Origin: Squalus acanthias | Taxonomy: Eukaryota | Length of the DNA stretch: 64,000 bases | Assembly: GCA_030390025.1 (NCBI GenBank) | Contig: CM059433.1 | Span: forward strand, 16,742,001 to 16,806,000 | Reading direction: 5' to 3' | In this document: positions 12,876 through 26,799 of the stretch, one piece after another | Layout of the letters: each line of letters opens with the position of its first letter | How positions within the stretch are numbered: position 1 is the stretch's first letter | Position numbers and translations under genes: made by a program | The notes under the pieces: model-generated | What the model was told of the DNA's origin: nothing | Seen by the model: the letters and a program-made list of their open reading frames with translations, nothing else | Databases searched by the model: none

Positions 12876-15313
12876 CACTCCAGTGAAATGCGGAGGTCGG
12901 CGGACTGTTAATTTTGCCGGTTTCAACCCCCCACCAGCCCCCAAACTCATGTGTTCCTGCAGATTAAAATTCAGCTCTGTGGGCCTAATCCTGGCTCTGC
13001 CAGATTCTGCCCCGTTTAGATCCATTCTGGTAGTGAGCGTGCTGAGGGTGTTCTCAGGAAATTGTTCCCATTACGCCGGTGACAGAACTCACACCATTTA
13101 AGAGCTGGGATGAATCTCTCTGAGGTAACGAGGCAGAGGATTAGGGAGATGCAGTGAAAGATTTCCACCAGCCATGTTTCGTGATGCTGCATTGATGGGA
13201 GATGAAGCTAAAGTAGGAGTGAAAAATCTACTTGAGAGACAAGCACAGATGTTGGAGAACAAAGGCCGAGACAGGTAGAGTTTAGTAAACAATGACAATG
13301 GGAGACACCAAAGGGGAGAGGACAAGAAGGAGGACAGACATAAACAAAGATCAGCAAAATATTTTTGAGGATTGTAGATTAGAGAAAAGGAGAGATCATT
13401 TTTGCCCGTCACCCTCCATCAAGATGTCTCATTTGGATGTAGGACTGGCGAGTCAATGCGGGAATTGGCATAACCACAATGGAGCAGCCAGCAGTTAAAT
13501 TGTACACTTTGGTCACCAGGATTATTGCCGGGGTAGATGGGCAGGCAAAAGTCCCAGCCCAGCTCACTTCCAGCAGCAGAGCAGGGCTCTCAGAATTTCT
13601 TGCCTTTTGTCTCCTGGTCTTCATTTTTCAAATTTGTGAAGGGAAGGCAGCTTCTATTTTAACTTCAGCTCTTTAAAACAGTGTCTGGCTGACAGACAGT
13701 AGTGGAATGGCCACCATTATACACCCCACACGACTTTCCTTTCCATTGACATGTTAACCTATGGAACATGCTGGCACATGAAGTGAGTGCAGATTTGCTG
13801 CAAGTGTTTAAAGTGAACGGGTCAAGTTCCTGAAAGTGGCCAAAATAACTACATATAGAAGGCAGGCGGGTACTGGGGGCTGTGACTTCCAGTCAGTGTG
13901 GTCTCCTGGAACTTGTCTGATCGCCTCTGCGAGTTACAGAAGAATTTCCCAGAGTTTTTTCCTAAATTGGCTTAGGGTTTTTTCTCTGTTTTCTTTCCTT
14001 CTCCCAGGTGGCTGGTGGGCGGGGGAGGCGGATGGATGGGGGTGATGGTGTGCAGAAGTTACACTATGACAGTATAGGACAAGCTCAATAGACCAGCTGG
14101 TTTTTATCTATCCTTTTTTTTGTATGTTCACATGTTTCTTTAATGGCTGGAGCATGACCTGATAAATTAGATAGCAAACGTGAACAGCTGTCTCAGCTAT
14201 CTTTTTGAAGTCTGATGGTGCTGTAGTAACTTATTCTCTTGAAGAGGAGGATACCTCACAGTGAAAACATTATACTTATTTCTCAGATTAATGACTAGAA
14301 CGTTAGCTGATAAATTAAACAGGAAACATGAAGGGGGAAGTACTGAGTGGGATGCCCCGGGGTTCAATGCTGGGACTGTTGCTCTTTCTCATTTACATAA
14401 ATGACCTGGACTCACATACTCAACGCAAAGTCAATATAAAGTGGTCAAATTCGCTGAATATACTAAGCTGGGATATCCATCGACCATGTGAACCATGCGC
14501 ATTGAAACATTAATAAATCATCAATGAATATTTCGAGTACTGCCAACACTGCGCGTATAACATGAGAGATGGGAAGTTTGGGGATGATGGAAGGGAAAAG
14601 GAACAAAAAGGGATAGAAAGTTTAAAGCAATAAAGGGAAAAGGATGAACACAATGAAAGACACCAAAGAAAATTAAACATTAAGAGGAAAAATATCAACA
14701 ATTATTTTGTCCATTTGGATCAGACACGTCCAATAAACACTGGTCTAAGGATCACAATCCAGAAAGGTAAGGCCTGTGTTGTGATCTTGCTGTAAGTCGT
14801 AATAGGTAACATAGGGCTGGAGCATCCTAATTGCATCTGAGTGCTATTTAATCACAAACCGTATGAAGCCGGTTAATGATTTAATTTAGTTAATAATATC
14901 ATTGTCCCTTTGTGTTTTTCTTTCTACGATAGTTCTCTCCTCACAAGAACACAGAACAGGTACAAATGAAGAAGGTTCCTTCAAGCATTTGGTTTCACCC
15001 TTTCAGAATAAACCCTACTATTTCACACTACTATGTTTTTTATAATGAGTTCAATGTCCTGACCTCTTTCAGGGTCTTGCTGGATTACAGTGCTATATCA
15101 GCAACACTCCAGTATCTCAGCCATGTGACCATTCTTTATTCTCTCAGTCGTGACTCTAGCTGATTTTTCCATGCCCTAACCCAGGGACATTGAGATTAAT
15201 TATAGTACCTTAACTGCCACCCCAGGTAAGGTCAGGTTAACTCAGCACAGGCAAGAGATTGAACTTGGGTCTTTATGGCCTGTATGTCTCAGCACTGCAT
15301 CAGGTGGCACTTG

Positions 15314-15796
15314 TACATAAGAACATAAGAATTAGGAACAGGAGTAGCCCATACTGCCCCTTGAGCCTGCTCTACCATTCGATAAGATCATGGCTGATCT
15401 TTGACCTCAACTCCACTTTCCCGCACTATCCCCATATCCCTTGATCCTCTGGAGTCCAAAAATCTATCGATCTCAGCCTTGAGATATACTCAACGACTCA
15501 GCATCCACAGCACTTTGGGATACAGAATTCCAAAGATTCACAACCCTCTGAGTGAGGAAATTCCTCCTCATCTCAGTCTTAAATAGCCGGCCCCTTATCC
15601 TGAGACTGTGCACCCTAGTTCTAGACTCTCCAGCCAGGGGAACAACCTCTCAGCATTTATCCTATCAATCCCCCTCGGAATCTTATATGTTTCAATGAGA
15701 TCACCTCTCATTCTTCTAAACTCCAGAGAGTATAGGCCCATTCTACTCAATCTCTCCTCATAGGACAACCCTCTCATCCCAGGAATAAATCTAGTT
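15314..15796 (-). mobile_element. CR1 LINE 3' fragment
   Basis: GLSYEERLSRMGLYSLEFRRMRGDLIETYK and a cataagaa tail. Confidence 0.88.
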
Positions 15797-17462
15797 TATC
15801 ACTTTGGGCTTGATATTCCAGGATAACTGCTTTGCCGGTGGAAGTGCAGCAGAACAGAACTCCCAGCTGCCGACAGAATTGAACGCAAATCCCGTCCTCA
15901 AAGAGATGCGGGAAAGAGATATTTAACATTCAGGCCAGGTGGCCTGCGTCAGAGGCGCCCACCCCGTTCAGCTAGGAAGAAAATTGCAGCGTTGCCACAC
16001 GCTTGAAGGTCAGATCTGAGATCCCCGAATGGGCCAAAGGGAATGGTGAGTAAACTTTTCTTCTGGTCCTAAGGGAGCAAGTGGACCTTTATTTAAAGAT
16101 GACCAATAGCTCCAGGATTGATTACCGATGCCCTGGACAGTCTTGAGGCCTTAGTATCTCTAACTGGCTCTTAGCTAGTGAAAATTCCGTTGGGTACGAT
16201 GGGGGCGTGATGGATGGAATTCCCAGAGTAGTCAGGGAATGCCCCAGACACACCTTCTTGACATGGGGAAGGGCTCTCCCCACTCCCGCAACCTAGTGGT
16301 GGTCCCGCCAATGCTGAATTGGATCTTGCAGGTACTGTGTTGGTGCTAGTAGTAGTAGTGTTGGTTGTGGAGATGTCTGATATGGCTGACCTCTTATTCT
16401 AGGAGGTCCATGCTCTCTAAAGCTAGAAAATAAGTGCAATTAGCTTCTTCCTAAGGTAGCTCAATAATATTACAATAGTCTGCATTCAACCATGTTAATT
16501 CCTAAGATATGCACCAAATTATTACACATAAATGTGATATTCAGGCAAATATTTTTGTCCGTTTTATACTACTTATAATGCACACCATTAGTTAACAGTA
16601 GATAAATAGATAAGAGTGACATTTAGTGGAATTGCTGGATCTCTAATCTCTCAAATAATAGTCCAACCATTGTCTCATTAACCAGAGTTAACAATCCCTC
16701 AGTGCATTCATAGGGCTTACGTCAAACAGGATTTCTTCAACTTTCTTGATGTTGTTAAGTCACTTTTGAATGTCTTTTTAACCCTACATCTTATGAGAGA
16801 TTGTACTTAACTGCCTAGTTACCTCATGCCAAACTGCTGCGTTGATCTGTGCCAAATATAATCGCTTGCTTCCCTTATCACCACGTCCACTATCAGATCA
16901 ACTTAACGTGAACTTAGTCTTGCAAGTGCTTTTGATCCAACAGCACTATTACCGTCATACTTGTTAATTGGGATAAGTAGCACTTTCAAGCATTGTACAA
17001 TTATCATGATACTGGTCTCAATGGACGGCTTCAATCATTACTGGTGCATTTAAGCTGCATATTAGAGTCATGTGTTGTCCTAAGTACTTGTTCAATTCTG
17101 CTTTACAATATTCTTTATGCGAAATTCATAGAAATTCACTTTTAGAGCTATTATTTGGTAGAGATGAGCAACTTCAAACCTGAAAAAGTATTTGTGTTCA
17201 AAAGGGTTTGTTGGTTCAAGCTTAATTACTTGTATTTTATGTTGTATTTAAGCACTGGGTAGTTCCACAGCTGTTAAATATCTTGCATACCAGCATTTAG
17301 TGATTCAATATTGAATCAAAGGCGTTTGTGCAATAATAAACACAGTTTATGGTTTTATGGAGCCAAAATAACTAGAAGGTAAATGGTTAGAGCTCAGTTC
17401 CAAAGCAGGAACAGCTGCATTTGCACTAATTACGTGCACTTGAATTTTAAGGCAGGGATGTG

Positions 17463-17887
17463 CACTCCATCCACCACCTTCAACGTTCACTCCCTCCGCC
17501 ACCGGCGTACCGTGGCTGCAGTGTGCACCATCTACAAGATGCACTGCAGCAACTCGCCAAGGCTTCTTCGGCAGCACCTCCCAAATCCGCGACCTCTACC
17601 ATCTAGAAGGACAAGGGCAGCAGGCGCATGGGAACACCACCGCCTCCAAATTCCCCTCCAAGTCACACACCATCCTGACTTAGAAGTATATCGCCGATCC
17701 TTCATCGTCGCTGGGTCAAAATCCTGGAACTCCCTCTCTAACAGCACTGTGGGAGTACCTTCACCACACGGACTGCAGCGGTTCAAGAAGGTGGCTCACC
17801 ACCACCTTCTCAAGGGCAACTAGGGATGGGCAATAAATGCTGGCCTTGCTAGCGATGCCCAGATCCCATAAGCGAATTAAAAAAAAA
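17463..17887 (+). mobile_element. 3' end of a second CR1-like LINE family (same family as 50714-52050)
   Basis: HSLRHRRTVAAVCTIYKMHCSNSPRLL and the 3' UTR gggcaactagggatgggcaataaatgctggcc. Confidence 0.85.
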
Positions 17888-18545
17888 TGTGCACACATTA
17901 AATACTAAGGTGGGGGCGGGGGTGGGGGGGCGGAATTTCCATCGAGTTATCTTAATCCACTGCCGTAACTTCAGCGGAAGATTCGTATAAACACTGAAGA
18001 AACAGTGCAAATTTCAATTTTTTTGCCGTTTATGCCATTTCCACAGGGGTTCCACCAAGCTCCCCATGGAAATTCCAGGCATGTGTGTCTGGTACGATGA
18101 ACTCTGCTTCGAATAAATGAGTTACAAAGGCAACCATTGATCAAATTTTCTTACCCACCAATATGGGTAAGAAAACCCCTTCTCTCCCTCGCTGCACTCC
18201 CCTTTCACCTCCCTCCTCCCCTACCCTGTTTGGGTTCTGTTATGTCCCTACCACTAATCCTGCTTGAATTTACTGCACTTCGTCTTGACTCCCTATGTTG
18301 AACATCACAGGAGATTGACTAGTATATTAAAATTATCAAGACTGGTCGCTAGGGAACCTTGTTTGTAACCTCTTTCCAGAATGGAAAGTTTCATTTATGA
18401 CTCTGTTTTGTTTCTACCCAGTACCATACTTCACCTCCTATACCATGACTCATTACATTAGTCATTAATCACAGATGCGGAACAAAGTCAAAAGCTTTTA
18501 GAAAGTCCAAGTATAAAATATCAACTATATTTCAACTGTGTTTTT

Positions 18546-20870
18546 CATAGAATCATAGAAAGTTACAGCACAGAAGTAGGCCATTCGGCCCAATGTGCCT
18601 GTGCTGGCTCCTTGAAAGAGCATTTGTGCTTAGTTGAATGTCACTGCTTTTTGTCCGTAACCCTGTAAGTTCCTCATCCTCAGGTACCTGTCCAACTCCC
18701 TTTTAAAATTATTTATGGGATCAGCTTCCATCACCTTTTCAGGTAGAGCGTTGCAGATCCCGACAACTCTCTGAGTGAAAAGATTTCTCCTCAGCTCCCC
18801 TCTAGATCTTTTGCCAATGATTTTGAATCTATGACCTTTAGTTATTGTCCCACTCGCCAGAGGGAATAATTTTTCTCCATCTGCTCTTTCAAAACCTCTT
18901 TATCATCTTGAAAACCTCTATTAGGTAACATCTTAACCTTCTCTGTTCCAAGGAGAACTGTCCTAACCTTTCCAACCCCCCCTCCAGGCTGATACCAGGA
19001 ATGGCGGGATTGACCTATGAGGAGAGACTATGTAGTTTAGGGATGTACACACTGGAGTTTAGAAGATTGAGAGGGGACCTCATAGAAGTGTATAAAATTC
19101 TGACAGGTCTAGACAGACTAGATGCAGAAGGAATGATTCCCTTGGCGGGTGAGAACAGAACTAGAGGACATAATTTAAGGATAAGGGCTAAACCATTTAG
19201 GACAGAAATGAGGGGGAATTTCTTCACTCAGAGGGTGGTGAACCTGTGGAACTCATTGCCACAGAGGGCAGTGTACGCCAGCTCATTAAATATATTTAAG
19301 AGGGAATTAGATATATTTCTACAGGCAAAAGGGGTTAAGGGTTACGGAGAGAAGGCGGGGACGGGATACTGAATTGGAGGATCAGCCATTATCTCATTAA
19401 ATGGCGGAGCAGGCTCGAAGGGCCGGATGGCCTACTCCTGCTCCTATCTTCTATGTATCTATGTATCTATGTATCTATAACTGAAGTCCCTCTTCTCTGG
19501 TGACATCCTGGTAAACCTCCTCTGCACCCTTTCTAAGGCCTTTCCATCTTTCCTGAAGTGTTTGTCCACAATACTCTAGCTGAGTCATAACTAGTGATTT
19601 ATAAAGTTCTAGCATGATCTCTTTGCTTTTATATTCTATTCCTCTATTTATAAACCCAAGTAACCCATACACTTTTTTAACCACCTTATCAACTTGCCGT
19701 GCCACCTTTAAGGATTTGTGTAAATGGACACCGAGGTCTCTCTGTTCATCTACACTTTTCAAAATTGTGCCATTTCTAGTGTACAGTCTTTCCATATTAG
19801 TCCTCCTAAATTACATCACTTCATACTTCTCCGCATTGAACTCCACCTGCCATGTTTCTGCCCATTTCACCATCCTGTCTATGTCATCCTGAAGCCTATA
19901 ACTATCCTCATCACCGTCTACTACTTTGCCAAGTTCCGTATCATCTGCAAACTTTATAATGCTGCTCCCTACACCTGCGTCTATTGCAATGAGTAATGGA
20001 CCCAAATCTGACCCTTGGGGAACACCACTGCAAACTACCTCCCAGTCTGAATAATATCCATCTACCACCATCCTTTGCTTCCTGTCACTGAGCCAATTGT
20101 GTATCCATACCGCCACTTCCCCCTTAATTCCATGGGCTTCCATCTTCTTAATAAGCCTCCTGTGTGGCACTTTGTCGAATGCCTTCCGAAAGTCCATATA
20201 TACAACATCTACTACACTACCTTGATCAACCTTCTTTGTTACCTCATCAAAGAATTCAATCAGGTTAGTCAGACACAATTTGCCTTTAACAAATCCATGC
20301 TGGCTCTCCTTGATTAACCCATACCTTTCCAAATGAAAGTTTATTTTGCCCCTGATAATGGTTTCCAATAATTTCCCACCACCGATGTTAGGCTAACTGA
20401 CCTGCAGTTTCCTGGTTTATCCCTCTCCCCTTTATTGAATAGTGGTATAACATTAGCAACCCTCCAGTCCTCCGGTATTACTCCTGTGTCCAATGAGGAT
20501 TGAAAGATTGTGACCAATGCCTCTATTATTTCCACCTTTGCTTCTTTCAGCAACCTCGGATGCATTCCATCTGGACCAGGTGACTTACCAACTTTCAGTA
20601 ATTCTAATCTTTTTAGTACGTCTTCTCTATCTATTACCATCCAGTCCATAACTTCCATCTCCTCTTTTAGTGTAACCTTCACATCATCCGCTTCCTTTGT
20701 GAAGACAGATGCAGAGTGCTCATTTAATACTTCAGCCATGTCCTCTGCGTCTACATGAAGATTTCCCTTTGGGTCCTTAATAGGCCCAACTTTTTCCCTA
20801 ACTAACCGCTTACGCTTTATATGTTTATAAAATGTTTTAAGGTTCAATTTAATGTTGCCTGCTTTTGACC
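18546..20870 (-). mobile_element. CR1 LINE ORF2 (decayed), interrupted by a younger CR1
   Basis: KSPGPDGMHPRLLKE, HGFVKGKLCLTNLIEFF, DFRKAFDKVPH, GVPQGSDLGP, KFADDT, and a catagaat tail. Confidence 0.92.
18986..19476 (+). mobile_element. Young CR1 3' fragment nested in the older CR1
   Basis: Near-identical to the 3' part of 41081-42181 and ends in (ctatgtat)n. Confidence 0.92.
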
Positions 20871-21345
20871 CTTTTTAATAATTAGGTAATGTTAACCACT
20901 TTCTAATCCTCAAGAATCCCTCCTGAATTTAGCAAACATGCAAAGATGTTAGCTAAAATGTCACTAATTTCACTCACCATTTGCTTTCAGACTCATGGAT
21001 GATAGTTTTCTCGATCAGGTGCCTTGTTTATTTGAAGAGCATCTATACTTTTCAGAACCATGTCCTTCGTTCATTGCATACTGTCTATCTCCTCTTCTGC
21101 TGCTCCTGGAAACCTGATTTGTCACCAGTAACTTTCCCTCAATCTCCTGGGTAAACACAGCTGTCAATTAACTCTTAAATATCTGCTGTTTCTCTGTCCC
21201 TGAATTCCAGCTTCTTGCTGTCATTTTTATTTGGACCAATACTTTATTTCACCCTTTGTTAATTCCATAACAAATTGTTACCTTCAGGGGAGAAGGGGAA
21301 AAAATCTTTGCGTGCATGCCACTTACCGATTTTCTTTCAAAGCTG

Positions 21346-21764
21346 TAGTGTCAGCTGTGGCTCAGTTGGTAGCACCACTGCCTTCTGAGTCAGAACAGTT
21401 GTGGGATCAGGTGCCATCTTTTGGATGAGATATTAAACCAAGGCCCCATCTGCCCTTTCAGGTGGACGTGAAAGGTCCCCATGGCCACTATTTCGAAGAA
21501 GAGCAGGGGAGCTTTATGAATACCTGAATTTATGCCATCCATTGGTGTCCCGGCCAATATTTATCCCTCAATTGACATCACAAAAACAGATTATCTGCTC
21601 ATTATCACATTGCTGTTTGTGGGAGCTTGCTGTGCGCAAAATTGGCTGCTGCATTTCCTACATTACAAGAGTGACTACACTTCAAAAAGTACTTCATTGG
21701 CTGTAAAGTGCTTTGAAACGTCCATTGGTCGTGAAAAGCACTATATGAATGCAAGTCTTTCTTT
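21346..21764 (+). mobile_element. tRNA-head Deu-domain SINE
   Basis: gtcagctgtggctcagttggtagcac head plus the conserved body and tail. Confidence 0.8.
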
Positions 21765-22369
21765 CTGTAATGCCCTGGGGGTTGCTTTGTAAATTACAAT
21801 GTTCCCTCAAATTGGTTGGTGCAAGAAAGCCTAAATGTGAACTGAATACTCGCCTAGTCCATTCATTGTGAAGATATTTAACCTTTTATGATAAAGATCA
21901 CGATCGGTAACATAGTGATTGCTTGCACTGCCAACATTCATTCCTCACTTTGAGATCTGTCTCTGTGTTGGGTGAGAAACTAAGGTTGAAAAGCAGAGTA
22001 ACAGAGTACACAGGGCAAGTAAGAATACACAGACTAGTTCTGCCCCATCAAGAAACACTTTGGATGGCATAAATTCAGGTGTTCATAAATACATTCAAAA
22101 AGTGTAACTCAGGTCACATCAGGTCAATTATTTAATTCTACATTCATCTATATAAACACATTTTTTATTATAGAATGCAATGCAAGCATATGTACATGTT
22201 ACCAATTCAGATCTGCCAGATGTGTCTACTCAAATGCCTTGATGTCAGTCGCTCTCTTAAGCCTTTTTACTGCGATTGACTTCCACTGCCCTGTATCTGC
22301 TAGTGTGGTAATGGGACTTGAGAGGGTAACAATGAAACCCTCCCTTGTGATCTGGACCAGATCTCCGTG

Positions 22370-22735
22370 GCTTAAGAGCATTTACTCCTTTAATCTCATT
22401 GCAGGCAGACTGAGTTAGCACTGGCTGAGGCATCATTTGGTTTGGTTCATAAACTGCTGTATTCCCTGGTGGGTAAAACATACAGAACACTGAGTACGAT
22501 GAACATCACATGGTACAATCAGTTCAACTTCTATTTGCATAGGAACAGGAGTAGGCCTCTGTGCCTTAAGGACGTGTACTCCTTCAATCTCTCTGAAGGC
22601 AGACCCAGTTAACACCAGATGCTTTGTTTGGTTTGGTTCATAAGCTGCTTTATTCTATCATTGACTAAAACATACAGAAAAATGAATATGATTGAAAGTC
22701 ACCAGGTACAATCAGTTCAAATTCTATGTGTACTA
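22370..22735. repeat. Diverged ~190-bp tandem duplication
   Basis: tttggtttggttcataa...aaaacatacagaa...ggtacaatcagttcaa occurs at ~22436-22530 and again at ~22627-22720. Confidence 0.75.
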
Positions 22736-23434
22736 TTATAAAAGTAAAGTACGCATGTACACTATCCCACTTAAGGAGATTCTTACTTAATGTAGAAAGA
22801 TAGATTAGTTCTGCTATTCTGCAACAGTGCCAAGATTATTTCTCTTTTGTAGCCTTTCTGCTGTTTCTTTCCTTTCCCAGCTTTCAGCTGCTTTTTGTTT
22901 CCCCTTTTGTAACCTCTCCACTGCTCCAATGACTCCCCTTGGTGCCTCTGTTGATTCCTAAAAAGCTTCGCTTCAAAGATTAGCAGAGATCAAAGGAATT
23001 GGTTAACACAAGGGGCGGGAATTTCCTCTATCCGACTTACACCAAAATGACACCGATATTTACTGCTGGCTTCTACACCAATCTTGCCAACAGCAACTTA
23101 TGCCAACATTTTCTGAGAATGACATTAGTGTATGCTGGAATGTAAAAAAAACAGCGTAAAACAAGCAGAAATCAGCATCACCAACTGGGCCTGAGGAAAG
23201 TGCGAAATATACGCCATCTTCCTTCTTTCAGTCCATGTTTTCTGCCCACCCAGCACTGACAGAAGAGGGTTTAACAGTAAAAGGGTTGACAACAGAGGAT
23301 TAGGGACCAAAATGGAGATCTATTGGTGGAGGCAGAACGCATGGCTGAAGTATTAAATGAGTACTTTGCATCGATGTTTTCCAAGGAAGAGGACATTGCC
23401 AGAGCTATGGTAAACTAGGAGGTTGTCGGGATAC

Positions 23435-23525
23435 AAACAGAAAATGCTGGAAAACTCAGCAGGTCAGGCAGCATCTGTGGAGAGACGTTTCTGGTGTTTC
23501 AGGTCGATGACCTTCCGTCAGAACT
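23435..23525 (-). mobile_element. 91-bp Penelope-derived hammerhead-type mini-element with a 14-bp TSD
   Basis: TSD ggttgtc(g/a)ggatac at 23421-23434 and 23526-23539. The minus strand reads CTGACGG-AAGGTC-ATC-GACCT-GAAA. Confidence 0.7.
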
Positions 23526-24159
23526 GGTTGTCAGGATACTGAATGAGATAAAAATAGATAAAGAGGGGGTACTAAAAAGGCTGGCAGTGCTTAAAGTGGA
23601 TATGTCACCCGGTCCGAAAGGGATGCTGAGGGAAGTAAGGGTAGAAATTGCAGAGGTGCTGGCCACAATCTTCCAAGCCTCCTTAGATTCAGAGGACTGG
23701 AGGCTTGCAAATGTTACACCCTTGTTCAAAAAAAGGGAGAAGGATAAACCTGGCAATCACATGCCAGTCAGTTTAACGTTGGTGGTGGGGAAGCTTTTAG
23801 AAACAATAATCCGGGAGAAAATTATCAGCCACTTGGACAAGTATGGACTAATAAAGGAGAGCCAGCATGGATTTGTTTAGGGCAGATCATGTTTGACTAA
23901 CTTGATTGAATTTTTTGATGAAATAGCAGAGAGGGTGGATGAGAGCAGTGTAGTTGATGTTGTGTATGTGGACTTTCAAAAGGTATTTGATAAAGTACCA
24001 CATAATAGGCTTATTAGCAAAATAGAAGCCCAATGAGATAAAAGGAGTAGTAGCAGCATAGATATAAAATTGGCTAAGGGATAGAAAATTGAGAATTGTA
24101 GTGAATGGCTGTTTTTCAGATTGGAGGAAGGTATACGGTGGTGTTCCCCAGAGTTCAGT

Positions 24160-24890
24160 ACACGGAAGCGATTGTTTTTCGTCCATACCACAAATTCCAT
24201 TCCCTAGCCACCGGCTCCATCCCTCTCCCTGGCAAATGTCTGAGGCTGAACCAGACTGTTCATAACCTTGGTGTCATATTTGACCCCGAGAAGAGCTTCC
24301 GACCAAATATCCATGCCTCTAGACTTGACTATTCCAACACACACCCGGTCGGCCTCCCACATTCTACCCTCTGTAAACTTGAGGTCATCCAAAACTCTGC
24401 TTCCTGTGTCCTCATTCGCACCAAGTCCCGTTCACCCATCACCCCTGTGCTCTCTGACCTATATTGGCCCCCAGTTAAGCAACGTGTCAATTTTAAAATT
24501 CTCATCCTTGTTTTCAAACCCCTCCATGGCCTCACCCCACCCTATCTCTGTAATCTTCTCCAGCCCTACAACCCTCCGAGATATCTGCGCTCCTCTAATT
24601 CTGGCCTCTTGAGCATCCTTGCTTTTAATCACTCCACAATTGGCGATTGTGGCTTCAGCTGCCTAGGCACTAAGCTCTGGAATTGCCTCCCTAAACCTTT
24701 CCACCTCTCTACCTCTCTTTCCTCCTTTAAGACACTCCTTAAAACCCACCTCTTTGACCCATCTGCCCTAATATCTCCTTATGTTGCTCGGCATCAAATT
24801 TTGTTTGATAAGGCTCCTGTGAAGTGCTTTGGGAAGTTTTACTGTGTTAAAGGCGCTATATAAATACAAGTTGTAGTTGCTGTTGTTGCA
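24160..24890 (+). mobile_element. L2 LINE 3' fragment nested in the CR1
   Basis: SRLDYSN, LEVIQNSA, PITPVLSDLYWPPVKQRVNFKIL, and the tail aaaggcgctatataaatacaagttgt. Confidence 0.88.
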
Positions 24891-25245
24891 AGACCACTCA
24901 GACTTGCGAGTACAGGGTACAATTTCAAAATTTGCAGATGACACGAAACGTGGAAGTGTAGCAAACAGTGAAGAAAATAGTAACAGACTTCAAGAGGACA
25001 TAGGCAGGCTGGTGGAATGGGCAGACACAAGGCAGATGAAATTCAACGCAGAAAAGTGTGAGGTGATATATTTTGGTAGGAAAAATGGAAAGACACAATA
25101 CAAGCTAAATGGTACAATTTTAAAGGGGGTGCAAGAACAGAGAGACCTGGGGATGTTTGTGCACAAATCTTTGAAGGTGGCAGGACAAGTTAACAAAGCA
25201 GTTAATAAAGCCTATGGGATCCTGGGCTTTATAATTAGAGGCATA

Positions 25246-26139
25246 GGGGTAAAAATTCAGTTGGTTGCGCCTCCCGTTAGCGCCTTAAGAGGGCGCTAAT
25301 GGGGCGCAAAGCCGCTAACGCCCGGGCGCAGCGATGTTTGCGCCGCTCGGGAACTTAACTAGAGATTGTGCGGCGGCGCTAAACTTTACCGCTGCGACCA
25401 CCTGCGCGCGCAGATTGTGACGTCATTCCATGGTGCAACGCCCTTGTGGCGCCCCGGAGCGGAAATTGAGTGGCGCCCCCTGCCTTACCGCCTGGCGCAT
25501 CCAACGACCAGAAGACTGGAACGCTATCAATCGCTGTAGGGCTGGGGGGGGGCGCTATTTAAAGGGGGCCTCTTCCTCTCTTTTATTGTTGGTGGCATTT
25601 TTGAACTACGCATTCTGAGAGCGAGAGGGAGAGACTTCTGGAGAGATTCAACGTTGTGTGAAGGAGTTTTGGGTACTGAGCAGCACTTTGCAGGTTCATT
25701 TTGATTTGCCATTCCTTGTATCGATTTAGCAGAGACTGTGGGAGCTGCACTCTGAGCTCTTTGCCTGGTACTCTCCATTGTTCTTTCCAGCACATTTGAT
25801 GTGCAAGTCTCTCCAGGCCGAGATTCAAGGCTGCAATGAACAGGATGTGGATGGAAAGCAAGATTAACCATCCCCTTTAAGAACTGGCCCGTGCCATTGT
25901 GTGTGTGTTCCATTGCTGACTGACATTACATGAGCTTCGCCAGCGCTCTGAGTTAGCGCCTCACTCCTTGGCCTTTGCGCCTTAAGACAGGTGTGCAGCG
26001 CCTGATTTAGCGCTCCACTCACCTCCCGGGGCGGTAAAAGTGAAGTTTCCAGTCAGTGCCGATAATTAGCGCCAGGCGCTAATATTTGCGTCCAGACGAT
26101 ATTTGCGCCCCAAAAGGGGCGCGACCTAATTTTTCCCCC
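25246..26139. mobile_element. Non-autonomous PIF/Harbinger-like transposon
   Basis: TIRs GGGGTAAAAATT / AATTTTTCCCCC and a 3-bp TSD ATA (25243-25245, 26140-26142) that splits the CR1 sequence gaggcata|gagtacaaaa. Confidence 0.85.
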
Positions 26140-26799
26140 ATAGAGTACAAAAACCAGGAAGTTATGCTAAACTTATATAAAACACTACTTCGGCCTCAGC
26201 TGGAGTATTGTGTCCAATTCTGGGCACCACACTTTAGGAAGGATTTGAAGGCTTTGAAAAGGGTACATAAGAGATTTACTAGAATGGTTCCAAGGATGAC
26301 GGATTACAGATATGTGGATAGACTGGAGAAGCTAGGGTTGTTCTCCTTAGAACAGAGAAGGCTAAGAGGAGATTTGATAGAGGTGTTTAAAATCATGAAG
26401 GATTTAGATAAAGTACATAAAGAAAAATTGTTTCCAATGGCTGAAGGGTCGAAAACAAGAGGGCACAGATTTGGGTGATTGGAAAAAGAACCAGAGGCGA
26501 CACAAGGAAAAACTGTTTTACTCAACGAGTGGTTAGGATTTGGAATGCACTGCCTGATAGGGTGGTCGAAACAGATTCAATGGTAGCCTTCAAAAGGGCA
26601 TTGGATATATATTTGAAAAATTTGCAGGAATATGGGGAAAGAGCCGGGGAGTGGGATTAACTGGATTGCTCTTCGAAAGAGTCGGCGCAGACTCGATGGG
26701 CTGAATGGCCTTCTTCTGTGTTATACTATTCTATGATTCTATGAAATGACAGAGTTCAGAAGGGGCAGTAATAACAAAGAACAAGTGATGAAGTAATTT

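Larger units (their letters stand above)
23245..26742 (+). mobile_element. CR1 LINE ORF2 with three nested insertions
   Basis: CR1 motifs (DWRLANVTPLFKK, KESQHGFV, KFADDTK, RPQLEYCVQFWAPH) continue across the inserts, ending in a ttctatga tail. Confidence 0.9.

Noticed and set aside
19450..19476. Short tandem repeats (ctatgtat)n, (catagaaa)n and similar as independent arrays or CRISPR-like repeats
   Set aside because: These are the standard 8-bp repeat tails of CR1 LINEs, with no spacers, in a eukaryotic context.
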